Origin: a virus
Lineage: Duplodnaviria; Heunggongvirae; Uroviricota; Caudoviricetes
DNA length: 64,000 nt
IMG/VR virus record: IMGVR_UViG_3300035701_007101
Direction: 5' to 3' (one strand)
The position numbers and the translations under genes are program-made. Of this stretch, positions 49,436-59,368 are shown piece by piece. Under the pieces are notes generated by a model, which had not been told where the DNA came from, ran no database searches, and was given only the letters and a program-made list of their open reading frames with translations. Every line of letters starts with the position of its first letter. Positions within the stretch are counted from its first letter, which is position 1.

Positions 49436-50575
49436 TTGAATACCGACATTCTTGTCGAAAATGATCCAGACCCGCTTAGTAAAAACAATGACTTTAATCA
49501 ATTTTTTTCTTTTACTCCGTATAATTGGTCTAATTGGCGATGGCAAATAAAAAATAAAATTACTTCAATTGATCGTTTATCTAAAATAATCAAACTAACA
49601 CTTGAAGAAAAAGAAGTAATAACAGTCAATAAATCATTTCCATTTGCTGTAACTCCCTATTACTTGAAAATCATTTATGACAATCCTTTGTCATCATTAA
49701 GAAAAACAATTATTCCCACTATCAAAGAACTCAATTTTCAAGACTGTGAAAATGAAGATCCCTTACAAGAAAAAAGCCACAGTCCGTGCAAATGTATAGT
49801 TCATAGATATCCTGATCGAGTACTATTTCTAACTACAAGCGTTTGTTCTACATATTGTCGATATTGCACAAGATCAAGAGTCGTTGGCAAAACGTGCATC
49901 ACAACATGTGACTGGATTGACGCAATTGATTATATTAAAGCACACGTTGAAGTGAGAGATGTTTTATTATCAGGTGGAGATCCATTAACGTTATCAAACG
50001 ATAGCATAGACTGGTTATTATCACAAATAAGAGCAATTAAGCATGTTGAAGTAATAAGAATAGGCACAAAAGTTCCAGTAGTTTTACCTCAACGACTTTA
50101 TGATAAAGAATTGTTAAATATATTAAAACGATATCATCCTTTGTTTATGAGTATTCATTTTGTTCATCCAGATGAATTATCTAAAGAAACAATTACTGCA
50201 TGTTCAAATCTGGCAAATGCAGGCATTCCGTTAGGCAGTCAAACAGTTTTATTAAAAGACGTCAATGACGACACTAAACTTATGACAAAATTAATGCAAG
50301 GTTTATTAAAAATCCGTGTTAAACCATATTATTTGTACCAATGTGATCCTATTTTAGGCTCATCTCATTTTAGAACAAAAGTTGAAAAAGGCATAGAAAT
50401 AATAAAAAGCTTGCGAGGATTTACATCTGGATATGCAGTTCCCACTTTTGTAATAGATGCTCCTGGTGGTGGCGGTAAAATACCAATAATGCCAGAATAT
50501 GTTGTTGAAAGTAGTAGCAATATAATAACTTTAAAAAACTATGAAAACAACATATACTATTATCCAAATGAATGA
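49436..50575 (+). CDS. KamA-family radical SAM (lysine 2,3-aminomutase-like)
   Basis: HRYPDRVL, CSTYCRYC, LLSGGDPL, QTVLLKDVND, DAPGGGGKIP. Confidence 0.92.
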   Translation: MNTDILVENDPDPLSKNNDFNQFFSFTPYNWSNWRWQIKNKITSIDRLSKIIKLTLEEKEVITVNKSFPFAVTPYYLKIIYDNPLSSLRKTIIPTIKELNFQDCENEDPLQEKSHSPCKCIVHRYPDRVLFLTTSVCSTYCRYCTRSRVVGKTCITTCDWIDAIDYIKAHVEVRDVLLSGGDPLTLSNDSIDWLLSQIRAIKHVEVIRIGTKVPVVLPQRLYDKELLNILKRYHPLFMSIHFVHPDELSKETITACSNLANAGIPLGSQTVLLKDVNDDTKLMTKLMQGLLKIRVKPYYLYQCDPILGSSHFRTKVEKGIEIIKSLRGFTSGYAVPTFVIDAPGGGGKIPIMPEYVVESSSNIITLKNYENNIYYYPNE

Positions 50576-50581
50576 ACGATA

Positions 50582-51076
50582 ATGACAATTTATATTACAA
50601 TAGGCTTTCCTGGTTCAGGCAAAAGTACTTGGGCACGTAAAAAAGCTGCAGAAGAAAAAGATTTAATTATAATCAACAGAGATTCAATCAGATCGATGAT
50701 CAAAAACAATTACACTTTTGATTTTACTCTAGAACCTATGATCAAATGTATGACGATTGAATGTTTGAAAACTGCACTTAATTATAGCAAAAATGCAATT
50801 ATTGATGAAACTAATATAACAAAACAACAAAGAAAAGTGTGGCTTAATATAGTAAAAAATAGACTATGTAATGATACAAATTGTTGTAAAATAATTTTTA
50901 CTTGGTTTATAGAAAACACAAATAATGTATTGTATAGAATGAATGATGCTAGAGGCTATACTGAATCAAAATGGCAATCAATAATTAATGACATGAAACA
51001 AAAATTTGAAGAGCCTTCATTAGATGAAGGAGTAAACGAAATCATCAAAATAGGAATTATGAATGAAAAAAATTGA
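50582..51076 (+). CDS. P-loop kinase (AAA_33 / polynucleotide-kinase-like)
   Basis: GFPGSGKST, NRDSIR, IIDETN. Confidence 0.8.
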   Translation: MTIYITIGFPGSGKSTWARKKAAEEKDLIIINRDSIRSMIKNNYTFDFTLEPMIKCMTIECLKTALNYSKNAIIDETNITKQQRKVWLNIVKNRLCNDTNCCKIIFTWFIENTNNVLYRMNDARGYTESKWQSIINDMKQKFEEPSLDEGVNEIIKIGIMNEKN

Positions 51077-51590
51077 TTTTCCGTCATTACGTCAGGCTTT
51101 TTCTTTTTCATGTGGTGCAAGCGCAGTACAAACAATCTTGTCGTATTACGGTATAGATGAAGAAGAACAAAAATTAATGATTGACTTAAATACGCAAAAT
51201 GATGGAACGCTACCTAAGAACATTATTTCACTATTTGAACGATTTGAGTTCAAAGTTAAATTTGGACAAACAGGAATTAAAGGACTAAAACTTTGTATTG
51301 ATAAAAATTTACCAATATTAATAAGCTTACAAGCATATCCTAAAACAATATACAAAGACTGGGAAAAAAATAATGACAGTGGTCATTATGTTGTAGTCAT
51401 TGGATATACATCAAATACAATAATTTTTTCAGACCCTTCTTGTATATATGATACTTATTTGACAAACGATGAATTATTAGCTAGATGGCATGATATAGAT
51501 CAAGAAAACAATAAATTAAAACAACATTATATTTTACCATACGGAAAACGTATTCACTACAATTCAAATTTAATTAAGCACATGAAATAA
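51063..51590 (+). CDS. C39-like cysteine peptidase
   Basis: QAFSFSCGASAV, GHYVVVIGY, DP. Confidence 0.85.
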   Translation: MKKIDFPSLRQAFSFSCGASAVQTILSYYGIDEEEQKLMIDLNTQNDGTLPKNIISLFERFEFKVKFGQTGIKGLKLCIDKNLPILISLQAYPKTIYKDWEKNNDSGHYVVVIGYTSNTIIFSDPSCIYDTYLTNDELLARWHDIDQENNKLKQHYILPYGKRIHYNSNLIKHMK

Positions 51591-51591
51591 A

Positions 51592-52341
51592 ATGAAAACT
51601 ACTGACTATATATATTTTCAAGCACTATTAAATAAACGCTTGCCCAAAACTCATAAAATAACTATATTGGGTAATATTGATAATAAGCCAATGCTATGCA
51701 TTCAACCAAAAATCATAAATCATGACAAAAACATTTTAATAACTGCAGGTTTTCATGGTGAAGAACGCGCTCCTTGTTGGGGCTTGTTACTCTGGTTACG
51801 TGAAATGTCTTTAATTAAAGCGAATGTGACAATAATACCTGTTGTTAATCCAGACGGTTTTAGTAAAGGCACTAGATACAATCAATGGAATGAAATAGAT
51901 AATGATGGATTTATTGATGAAAATCCTAATTTATCACATGAAGGAAAAATATTATGGAAATGCAAACAACAATTAATATTTGCTGCAAAAGATGGATTTA
52001 TTTCATTACATGAAAGTCCACGACAATCAGGTTGTTATTACTATTTATTAGCTGAAAAAAATATACCAGCATTAGATGAAGCATTTAAAAAAGCAGTTTA
52101 TCCTTTGACAATACTACCAAATGGCAAATATCATAATGAACTTGAAGGCTCTTATACAGTTCATAATGGCTGCGTTTTAAATCAAAAAGATAATTCATTT
52201 GAACATTATTTAAAATTGCACGAAATACCTATTTGCATTACGTCTGAAACTTCGATGATTTCAACAAGTTTTAAAAATAGAGTAGTTGTTACTCAAAGAA
52301 TAATTCATTTATTTATAGAGTACATGGTGAATCATTGCTAG
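51592..52341 (+). CDS. M14-like zinc carboxypeptidase/amidase
   Basis: AGFHGEE, VNPDG, ISLHE, TSET. Confidence 0.8.
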   Translation: MKTTDYIYFQALLNKRLPKTHKITILGNIDNKPMLCIQPKIINHDKNILITAGFHGEERAPCWGLLLWLREMSLIKANVTIIPVVNPDGFSKGTRYNQWNEIDNDGFIDENPNLSHEGKILWKCKQQLIFAAKDGFISLHESPRQSGCYYYLLAEKNIPALDEAFKKAVYPLTILPNGKYHNELEGSYTVHNGCVLNQKDNSFEHYLKLHEIPICITSETSMISTSFKNRVVVTQRIIHLFIEYMVNHC

Positions 52342-52442
52342 CATCTCTTCAACAACAATAGAGCATTTCCAGTGATTCCTAATAATTTATTTATACGTTG
52401 CGATTATTATATACTTTCAACAAGTCAAAAATAGGAGATATA

Positions 52443-52958
52443 ATGAAACATTTAGCTATTATTCAAGCAGAGTTTGAAAAATTTGCTAGAAAATGGGAAA
52501 GATTGCCACATGAATATCAAGTTGCATATATTAAACGGCATCCAGGTACAAAAAGACATGTAACAAATGCACCAACACCAAAGTCAGAGACTAATGGTCT
52601 TAAAATTCATGAACCTGCAAGAAGTCAATCACGCGTTATTTTAGACACATTAAGAGTACAAACAAATGCTGAATCAAGTAAGCCAGAAGTGCGTGAATAT
52701 GTGACAATGAGAGAAGGCAATCATAATAAATATCATTATTTTGCTGTTTTTAAAGACAAGACAGGCAATTATGTAGCAGCTAATGCTTATGGTCGAATTG
52801 GTTATCCCAATGTAAATATAGCTATTGTTGGAAGCAGTCCAAATAGAGGCAAAGCTATTGAAATTATGGCTGAAAAATTAAATAAAAAATTGAAAAAGGG
52901 TTATCAAACTACACAATTGCCAGCTGAAGCACCTAAAGTTGAGTCTTTAACTAAATAA
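52443..52958 (+). CDS. MKHLA-module protein with C-terminal WGR domain
   Basis: ATG 52443 after AGGAG; HNKYHY...AYGRIG...KKLKKGY. Confidence 0.78.
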   Translation: MKHLAIIQAEFEKFARKWERLPHEYQVAYIKRHPGTKRHVTNAPTPKSETNGLKIHEPARSQSRVILDTLRVQTNAESSKPEVREYVTMREGNHNKYHYFAVFKDKTGNYVAANAYGRIGYPNVNIAIVGSSPNRGKAIEIMAEKLNKKLKKGYQTTQLPAEAPKVESLTK

Positions 52959-52996
52959 AAAGTTACGACATTTAAATTTCGTAAATCATTTGAATC

Positions 52997-53031
52997 AAAA
53001 AGGGAACTATAATCTATAGTTTCCTTTTTTT
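52997..53031 (+). terminator. intrinsic terminator
   Basis: aaaaagggaactat...atagtttccttttt + T-run. Confidence 0.82.
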
Positions 53032-53042
53032 ATTAAGGAGGC

Positions 53043-53282
53043 ATGTTTATGAGTCACTATCATAATACAAATGTTCCCTTTGGCAATTCGCATTTTGCAT
53101 TTTCAATTAAACAAACTCCAAATGGGAATTTTATGTGGATTGCTACAGAAAAAGCTTCTGGTGCTAAAATAATTCAAGAACAAAATGCGCAAGGATTTTT
53201 ATTTGCGTCAATAGACGAAGCAAAAAAGGACTGGAATTTATTTCAAAAACATAACTGTCTTACGTGGGAGACTGTTTATTGA
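53043..53282 (+). CDS. hypothetical protein
   Basis: AAGGAGG RBS. Confidence 0.65.
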   Translation: MFMSHYHNTNVPFGNSHFAFSIKQTPNGNFMWIATEKASGAKIIQEQNAQGFLFASIDEAKKDWNLFQKHNCLTWETVY

Positions 53283-53442
53283 ATGACATTATTAAATGAA
53301 CGTTGACGTTGATTATTTTAAGGAATTTGTAGCTTTATCAAAATCTCTTGAAAATAGAACACTAAAAGAACTCCATAGATATTTATTAAGCTTATGATGC
53401 ATAAAAGTAAAATGCTACAATTTTTTAAATGAATAATAATAT

Positions 53443-53820
53443 ATGAATCCAACAATAACTGAAAAAATAATTGATAGCTTGCTTAATCAAGGAACTGAAG
53501 GTTATGAAAATGCAGCATTCTATACAATAGTTTCAATGAGTTTAATACCTAATTATTTTAAAAATAATTCGCCAACAATTAATACTTTGCAATCATTAGG
53601 AATAAAATTAATTGAAAATGTTCAATATCCAAAAGCTACACCTATTTTTAATGTTCCTGGTCCTATATGGTGGAAAGTAAAATTACCAAAAAAATGGAAA
53701 TATGTTAAACAATCTTCTATGAGTTGTTGTCTTACTGATGAAAATAATAAACCCATTCTATCAATTTTTTATAAGCAATCAATGTACGATCCAAAAGCTT
53801 ATGTTGATGAAATCTTTTAA
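53443..53820 (+). CDS. hypothetical protein
   Basis: ORF track. Confidence 0.55.
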   Translation: MNPTITEKIIDSLLNQGTEGYENAAFYTIVSMSLIPNYFKNNSPTINTLQSLGIKLIENVQYPKATPIFNVPGPIWWKVKLPKKWKYVKQSSMSCCLTDENNKPILSIFYKQSMYDPKAYVDEIF

Positions 53821-53961
53821 GTGAAAGGAAAGCTATGGGACCTGTATTTTTTTCTATGTGTGTGATTTTTCTTTTGATTTTGTGTGTAGTAATTGAGTGT
53901 TGTGGACCAACTGAAAGATAAAATATCAATGCATTAATATAATAATTTACAAGGACGTACA

Positions 53962-54396
53962 ATGAAAAACAGAAAAGGCATATCATTCATTTACGCTGTA
54001 GCCATGAGAAAACCTGATGCTAAACAATATTTTTTAATGAGAGAACCGGCATCAGAAATGAACAAACCTGCAAAAGAACAATTATTCAAAACACTTGATT
54101 TGGTCTATGATGTTAAAAAAGATAAAAATGGTTTTTCATTTGAAGATGTTACAGGCAAGCATAGAAATAATGTTGCATGGGATTATGAGTTAGCTGAGTA
54201 TACGCCTGAGAATTACAAAATGGCAATTGAATATTTTGCTCAATATGAAGCGTATCGTTATTTTAACAAATTTATTAAACGAATGAAGCAAGTCATAAAG
54301 TTAGATAAAGAAGAGTTTAGTTGTGCTAAGGACGAGCCTGTTAATTGGATAGATGCACAAATGAAAGCAAACGAACAATATAAGAGTAAATTATGA
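53962..54396 (+). CDS. hypothetical protein
   Basis: AAGGA RBS. Confidence 0.6.
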   Translation: MKNRKGISFIYAVAMRKPDAKQYFLMREPASEMNKPAKEQLFKTLDLVYDVKKDKNGFSFEDVTGKHRNNVAWDYELAEYTPENYKMAIEYFAQYEAYRYFNKFIKRMKQVIKLDKEEFSCAKDEPVNWIDAQMKANEQYKSKL

Positions 54397-54441
54397 AAAA
54401 TCAATGTGTAAAATATTAAAAGAATCTATGAGGAGTAAATT

Positions 54442-54786
54442 ATGACATTTGAATTCGCGTCTTTATTTAATGCAATAGAAAACATAAATAAAGATATTAC
54501 TAATGAATTTGCTGCTGGACGTAACTTGAAAGGAATACCATATCCGGGGGACCTTGTTTCAATCAAATTTAAGAATTTAAATGATCCAAGAATATATCCA
54601 GGTTCTACAATATTACCAATTATTGCCGTAGAATTTTTAGGGCAACTTCTTTGGACATCAACTCATGATTATCGAAAATTGCTTGAAAATAGTCTGGTTC
54701 GCGAACCATTTGAACCTTTTTTACGAAGAGCATGTTTAGCAGTTATTGAAAAATCAAATTATTTAACGGAGGCTATAAAAAAATGA
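54442..54786 (+). CDS. hypothetical protein
   Basis: GAGGAG RBS. Confidence 0.6.
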   Translation: MTFEFASLFNAIENINKDITNEFAAGRNLKGIPYPGDLVSIKFKNLNDPRIYPGSTILPIIAVEFLGQLLWTSTHDYRKLLENSLVREPFEPFLRRACLAVIEKSNYLTEAIKK

Positions 54787-55382
54787 GTGAGAATTTTACA
54801 TTTTTTTGGAAAGGCCTATTTTCACAATGGCATAAGTCACCATTTATCATGTACGGCACTCTTTACAATTGTGCTGAACAATTTATGATGGCATCAAAAG
54901 CTCGACTATTTAATGATCAACAAACTTTAAAAATGATAATGGACGAAGACAGTGCTAAAGAGCAGCAAGCTCTCGGTCGACAAGTGAACGGCTTTGATAA
55001 AACAAAATGGGAACGTGTTGCTAGACATTTAGTTTATAGAGGAAATATTGCAAAGTTTTCTCAAAATCCATTAATTTGCAAAAAACTTGTTGCTACTGAG
55101 GGCACTACTCTAGTTGAAGCTAGTCCTATAGATAAAATTTGGGGCATAGGATTAGCTGATGATGATCCATTAGCAAAAGATCGATTAACATGGAAAGGAA
55201 AAAATTGGTTAGGAGAAACCCTAACAAAAGTACGTGATGATATAATGAGTGGTTTTATTGGAGAATGTCGTTATTGTGTCAATAGTTCGATTTGTGTACG
55301 TTTTGATTTAATGTCAAAATGGCCAAAAGACTGTTTAGTTGAGATTAAAGACTGTATAGCTTTTAAAGATGTAATTGAATGA
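54783..55382 (+). CDS. NADAR (YbiA/RibX-like) N-glycosidase
   Basis: FSQW, AEQFMMASKARLFND, LGRQV, KFSQN, LVEASPIDKIWGIG, GKNWLG. Confidence 0.92.
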   Translation: MSENFTFFWKGLFSQWHKSPFIMYGTLYNCAEQFMMASKARLFNDQQTLKMIMDEDSAKEQQALGRQVNGFDKTKWERVARHLVYRGNIAKFSQNPLICKKLVATEGTTLVEASPIDKIWGIGLADDDPLAKDRLTWKGKNWLGETLTKVRDDIMSGFIGECRYCVNSSICVRFDLMSKWPKDCLVEIKDCIAFKDVIE

Positions 55383-55804
55383 ACAAATTTCAAGTAGTCT
55401 TAGACGTAAAACCAACAGCCAAAGAAGAACGACAACAACTACAAGAATCTTGTGATCATAAATTTGTACATGATTCAGGTCATTGGTTTATGTGTACTAA
55501 GTGTACTTATAGAGTCAAACTTGATAGTACATTGTCGCAAGTGCGCAACAAACGGATATGGTTATTAATTACATTTTATGGGCTATTACAAATATTTCAA
55601 CTGTTTTGTCTTATTTGTTTTTTCAATAAACATTTTGTAAATTACATTTTTATTTTCACAGTTTTAACATGTATAAGTTTATTAATTTTGCGAAAATTTT
55701 ATGAAAAAGAATTTAAGAAATTATCGTTATTAGAACTGATAGCAAATATATGTATTATTTCTATAGGCTGCAGTGGATTGTTAAGATTAATAAGTATTCT
55801 TTAA
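55379..55804 (+). CDS. zinc-ribbon + multi-TM membrane protein
   Basis: CDH...CTKC then three hydrophobic segments. Confidence 0.6.
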   Translation: MNKFQVVLDVKPTAKEERQQLQESCDHKFVHDSGHWFMCTKCTYRVKLDSTLSQVRNKRIWLLITFYGLLQIFQLFCLICFFNKHFVNYIFIFTVLTCISLLILRKFYEKEFKKLSLLELIANICIISIGCSGLLRLISIL

Positions 55805-55811
55805 AAAGGTA

Positions 55812-56165
55812 ATGAAAACGTTTATGTCAGATAAAGAGCTTATGCAACTAACTGAACAAGATGCACTTGAAATCACCATCTTGTTGTTCCAAGATTTGGT
55901 GGAAATAAAATCTTTTAGAAAACAAAGTAGCAAATACTTTGAAAAAGTAAAAAATTATCGTGGTCATTGTGCACTATGCGAGGTATACAAAAAAATTGCA
56001 TGTGGCTGCTGTCCACTCACGCACACTAACACTAATTGTGATCTCTATGATGAATTTTGTTTTAACCACGATATTTCAGCGGCAGAAAAAATAATAAGCC
56101 TTTGCAAAAATAAACTTAGAAGTACTAATGAAAATTCGAAAGTAATGTATGGTGAAGCTCCATAA
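55812..56165 (+). CDS. Cys-rich hypothetical protein
   Basis: CALC, CGCCP, C. Confidence 0.6.
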   Translation: MKTFMSDKELMQLTEQDALEITILLFQDLVEIKSFRKQSSKYFEKVKNYRGHCALCEVYKKIACGCCPLTHTNTNCDLYDEFCFNHDISAAEKIISLCKNKLRSTNENSKVMYGEAP

Positions 56166-56190
56166 CATTATTTTATGAAGGAGTATAAAA

Positions 56191-56520
56191 GTGGGCAAAG
56201 AAGATGGACATTTTAGGGCGTGTAGTCAATCAAATGAAGAACATGCAAGATTTGTTAGAAAAAATAAACAATTAGCACTTGCAGAAACGCCAATTGAAAA
56301 AGATCAGCGTGGTCTTGCAATTACAACCAGAACATGTAAAAATTGTGATAGAAGAATTTCATGTTCTAAAAAGAAAACAATTGTAGTAGCAGGTAGTGCC
56401 TCTATTAGTGCTGATGACAAAGAATGCGATAATTGGAAAGAAATTCGTAGCAATGTAGTTCGAGTAAAAGAACAAAAAGCTTTGTTAAAACAATTTTCTA
56501 AGAATTTAAGAAAAAAATAA
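56191..56520 (+). CDS. hypothetical protein
   Basis: AAGGAG RBS before GTG; CKNC. Confidence 0.6.
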   Translation: MGKEDGHFRACSQSNEEHARFVRKNKQLALAETPIEKDQRGLAITTRTCKNCDRRISCSKKKTIVVAGSASISADDKECDNWKEIRSNVVRVKEQKALLKQFSKNLRKK

Positions 56521-57245
56521 TGCAACTTGATAAATTCAATATCCTTATTAACAATAACGACGTAGTGTCACCTCATACTGCATTGTGCAAATATGCAGGC
56601 TTTAATATTAACAGATTACTTGAAAATAACAATGCTATTATATTTGGTGGTGCATTACGAGATATAGCGGCTGATGAAAGCGAACAAATTTGTGATGTTG
56701 ATATTCTTTGTGATAAACATTGTATCGAGACAATTAAAATTTTTTTATTGAAGCAGCACTATGTGCAATATGACTTGTACAAACGGTTATTAATAGATTT
56801 ACAAACTGAAAATATTATAGAACTGCCATTAACATTTATTAAAGACAAAAAAATAATTCAATTAATTCAAATGAGTGATTATTGGACATACAATAACGAC
56901 GACCCATTTAAAGAAGATGAACCAAAACAAGATTTTGACAAATTACTGTCTTTTGTTTCTCAAGTTGATCTCTCATGCTGTGGACTTGCATATCATCCTA
57001 AAATGCAATGCAAATCGATTATTCAAGATGCGTTTGAAGCTTGCGTAACAAAAACAATATTTACAATGCCAAAAAGCAGACTTTATGATTGTGTGCGAGC
57101 ATCTGCAAGAATTGAAAAATTAACAAAAAGAGGCTGGGAGCTTGGCGATGTTATAAAAATAACAAATGACGACATTGATAGTATGATTTCACCAAATACG
57201 TTTGAACGACAACAGCAGGCTTTTGAAGAAGATTTGCCTTTTTAA
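56520..57245 (+). CDS. Pol-beta-like nucleotidyltransferase domain protein
   Basis: IFGGALRD...CDVDIL, VDLSCC. Confidence 0.55.
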   Translation: MQLDKFNILINNNDVVSPHTALCKYAGFNINRLLENNNAIIFGGALRDIAADESEQICDVDILCDKHCIETIKIFLLKQHYVQYDLYKRLLIDLQTENIIELPLTFIKDKKIIQLIQMSDYWTYNNDDPFKEDEPKQDFDKLLSFVSQVDLSCCGLAYHPKMQCKSIIQDAFEACVTKTIFTMPKSRLYDCVRASARIEKLTKRGWELGDVIKITNDDIDSMISPNTFERQQQAFEEDLPF

Positions 57246-57260
57246 GGAGAAAATAAAATT

Positions 57261-57557
57261 ATGATCAAAATTAACGCAATAGTTACTATTCAAAACGATT
57301 TGAAACCACCCACTCGAAAACAATACTTTTCTCATTATTTATTTTGTATTTTAACTTGCATTCATTTTAAAAAAGCAAGTAGTCGAAAAATTCCTTTATG
57401 GCATCGTATTCTTAAATTTTTTGGCATTCATTCACATTACAAAATAATTGAATGGAACCAAATGAATAAAATGGCAAAAGAAATAAGAGATGAAGAAGAT
57501 AAATTAATATTACAAAAATTAAATGAAGAAGCTATTAAATATGAAAAATCAACTTAA
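57261..57557 (+). CDS. hypothetical protein
   Basis: AAGGAG RBS. Confidence 0.55.
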   Translation: MIKINAIVTIQNDLKPPTRKQYFSHYLFCILTCIHFKKASSRKIPLWHRILKFFGIHSHYKIIEWNQMNKMAKEIRDEEDKLILQKLNEEAIKYEKST

Positions 57558-57867
57558 TCTTAAAAAAGATATTCTTGATCCTACATGTGATCATAGTCGA
57601 ATAAGATTTGGTTATCCTTTTGAACTTAGATATCAAGATCAACCATGTTTAATCTGTGGCGCTATTCCTGAAAAATTTCTAAAATCACTTAAAAAAACAG
57701 TCTTTGTAATAAATACGAACACACGAACAATTAGACGCATACAAAAACAAGATCTTCAAGCATTCTTATTTGGCAATAAATTAGTAGGCAATGATATTGC
57801 AAACATTAAATTTTTTAATAAATGGCCTACTGAAAAACAATACTTTGAAATAACAGGAGAATGGTAA
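57541..57867 (+). CDS. hypothetical protein (CDH...CLIC)
   Basis: ATG 57541 overlapping upstream gene. Confidence 0.55.
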   Translation: MKNQLNLKKDILDPTCDHSRIRFGYPFELRYQDQPCLICGAIPEKFLKSLKKTVFVINTNTRTIRRIQKQDLQAFLFGNKLVGNDIANIKFFNKWPTEKQYFEITGEW

Positions 57868-58079
57868 TGTCAATGCGAGCCTGTAATGATCATAAAGATT
57901 TTGTTGTAGTTCACGATGACCATGAAGCATGTCCTGTTTGTGAATTAATACATGATAATTTTCGTATGCGCACTCAATTGTTAACAGGCGCTAAATTATC
58001 TGAATATCAAATAACAGCATTGCCAAAATGCATTAGACAAATTTTTATTGATATTAGTAATAAACGAAAGAAGAAATAA
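57861..58079 (+). CDS. Cys/His microprotein similar to 6248-6418
   Basis: MRACNDH...DDHEACPVCE; AGGAG RBS. Confidence 0.6.
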   Translation: MVMSMRACNDHKDFVVVHDDHEACPVCELIHDNFRMRTQLLTGAKLSEYQITALPKCIRQIFIDISNKRKKK

Positions 58080-58256
58080 ATGCCTATAAAGTTATTTGAA
58101 TGTAGTAAATGCAAAAAAGTAAGAGTATTTAATGTTGATGATTTAAAACCATTTAATGATGATAACATCAAGACTAATGTTGAAAATGATTTGAAAAATG
58201 GTTTGCCCTATTGTCATATTTGTGATCAATATATGAAAATGAAAGATGCAGAATAA
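58080..58256 (+). CDS. 58-aa zinc-ribbon microprotein (not in ORF track)
   Basis: Manual translation: CSKC...CHIC. Confidence 0.6.
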   Translation: MPIKLFECSKCKKVRVFNVDDLKPFNDDNIKTNVENDLKNGLPYCHICDQYMKMKDAE

Positions 58257-58414
58257 TGTGTGTGTTAAATTTAAAGCAATTCTAGATTTACCTCTTGACC
58301 CAGTCAAAGAATATATTTATGTTCCGTTATTTGGTCCAGAGTATTCAACTATTAGTTTTGATGAAATAAGAAATATACGATATGATTTATTATTAGAACC
58401 GGAGCAAGAGTTAA

Positions 58415-58753
58415 ATGAAACAAACTGAATGTGTCGGATTAAGTGCATGTGGAGGACCTTGCGATGAAAGTTGTCCTGTAATTAGAGAAAATCAACAAGT
58501 TGTTTCTCATGTTGCTCGCAGCGATGTTGGAATGAAACAAGTTGAATCTAAACAGTCAAGACTAATTCTTTGTAGAAACTGTAATGAATGGCAACAAGCT
58601 CCAAACCCAGAACAAGGAACGTGCGCGGTCTCAGAAACAAATAATGCAACAAACTATGACACTCGATGTTTAATGGGATTATCTGAAAAAGTTGAAGTAC
58701 ATAAGCATATCTACACTCTTAAAAACAGTCGATATGAAACACGAATCGAGTAA
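58415..58753 (+). CDS. Cys-rich hypothetical protein
   Basis: Eight Cys; operonic. Confidence 0.55.
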   Translation: MKQTECVGLSACGGPCDESCPVIRENQQVVSHVARSDVGMKQVESKQSRLILCRNCNEWQQAPNPEQGTCAVSETNNATNYDTRCLMGLSEKVEVHKHIYTLKNSRYETRIE

Positions 58754-58756
58754 ATA

Positions 58757-58924
58757 ATGAAACGACCTTACATGAAATGTCATGATAAAATTAAAAAAAC
58801 ATGCAAACGAACTGGCAATGATTGCAATCACGCTGTCAAACATAAGAAAAATAGATGGTGTGATATCGTAGACAAACTGTGCTCAACTTGTGTCCCATAT
58901 AAAGGAAAACAAAATGTCTTGTAA
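58757..58924 (+). CDS. 55-aa Cys-rich microprotein (not in ORF track)
   Basis: Manual translation MKRPYMKCHDKIKKTCKRTGNDCNHAVKHKKNRWCDIVDKLCSTCVPY... Confidence 0.5.
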   Translation: MKRPYMKCHDKIKKTCKRTGNDCNHAVKHKKNRWCDIVDKLCSTCVPYKGKQNVL

Positions 58925-59159
58925 ACTTGTACATGAAAATGGCATAGCGGCTTTCGTATGTGAAAGAGGCTCAATGAAAACAAAAGCAAAAAGCACAGTA
59001 ACTCTAAAATCCGGTGAAGAAAGATTCATCTTCAAAAACAAAAAAGACTTTAATGCGCTGTCTGAAAACAGTCCAGTTACTGTCTCAGAAAACAAATATA
59101 TGTCAGAACCAAAAAATTACATTAAAAAATTCTTAACATTTAAAGAAGAACTAGAATGA
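58914..59159 (+). CDS. hypothetical protein
   Basis: ATG 58914 after AAGGA. Confidence 0.5.
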   Translation: MSCKLVHENGIAAFVCERGSMKTKAKSTVTLKSGEERFIFKNKKDFNALSENSPVTVSENKYMSEPKNYIKKFLTFKEELE

Positions 59160-59368
59160 AAGAATGTGAAAAGAAAGACGAAAATGATAGAATGTGTAAG
59201 TGTTGTACTTTCGGATTTTATAAGACAGATCTAAGTCTTTCATTTCCATATATACCACTCATAGTCACAAACATAGTTGAAGACGGAAAAATAATGAAAC
59301 AGGGCGTCTCAAGAATATCATGTCTATATGGAAAAAAGAATCGAGAGATAAATGATAAAAAATTTTAA
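59156..59368 (+). CDS. small Cys-containing hypothetical protein
   Basis: ATGA overlap. Confidence 0.5.
   Translation: MKECEKKDENDRMCKCCTFGFYKTDLSLSFPYIPLIVTNIVEDGKIMKQGVSRISCLYGKKNREINDKKF

Noticed and set aside
52344-52353. TCTCTTCAAC matching the reverse complement of the 50-bp element
   Set aside because: A 10-nt match is expected by chance in an AT-rich window this size
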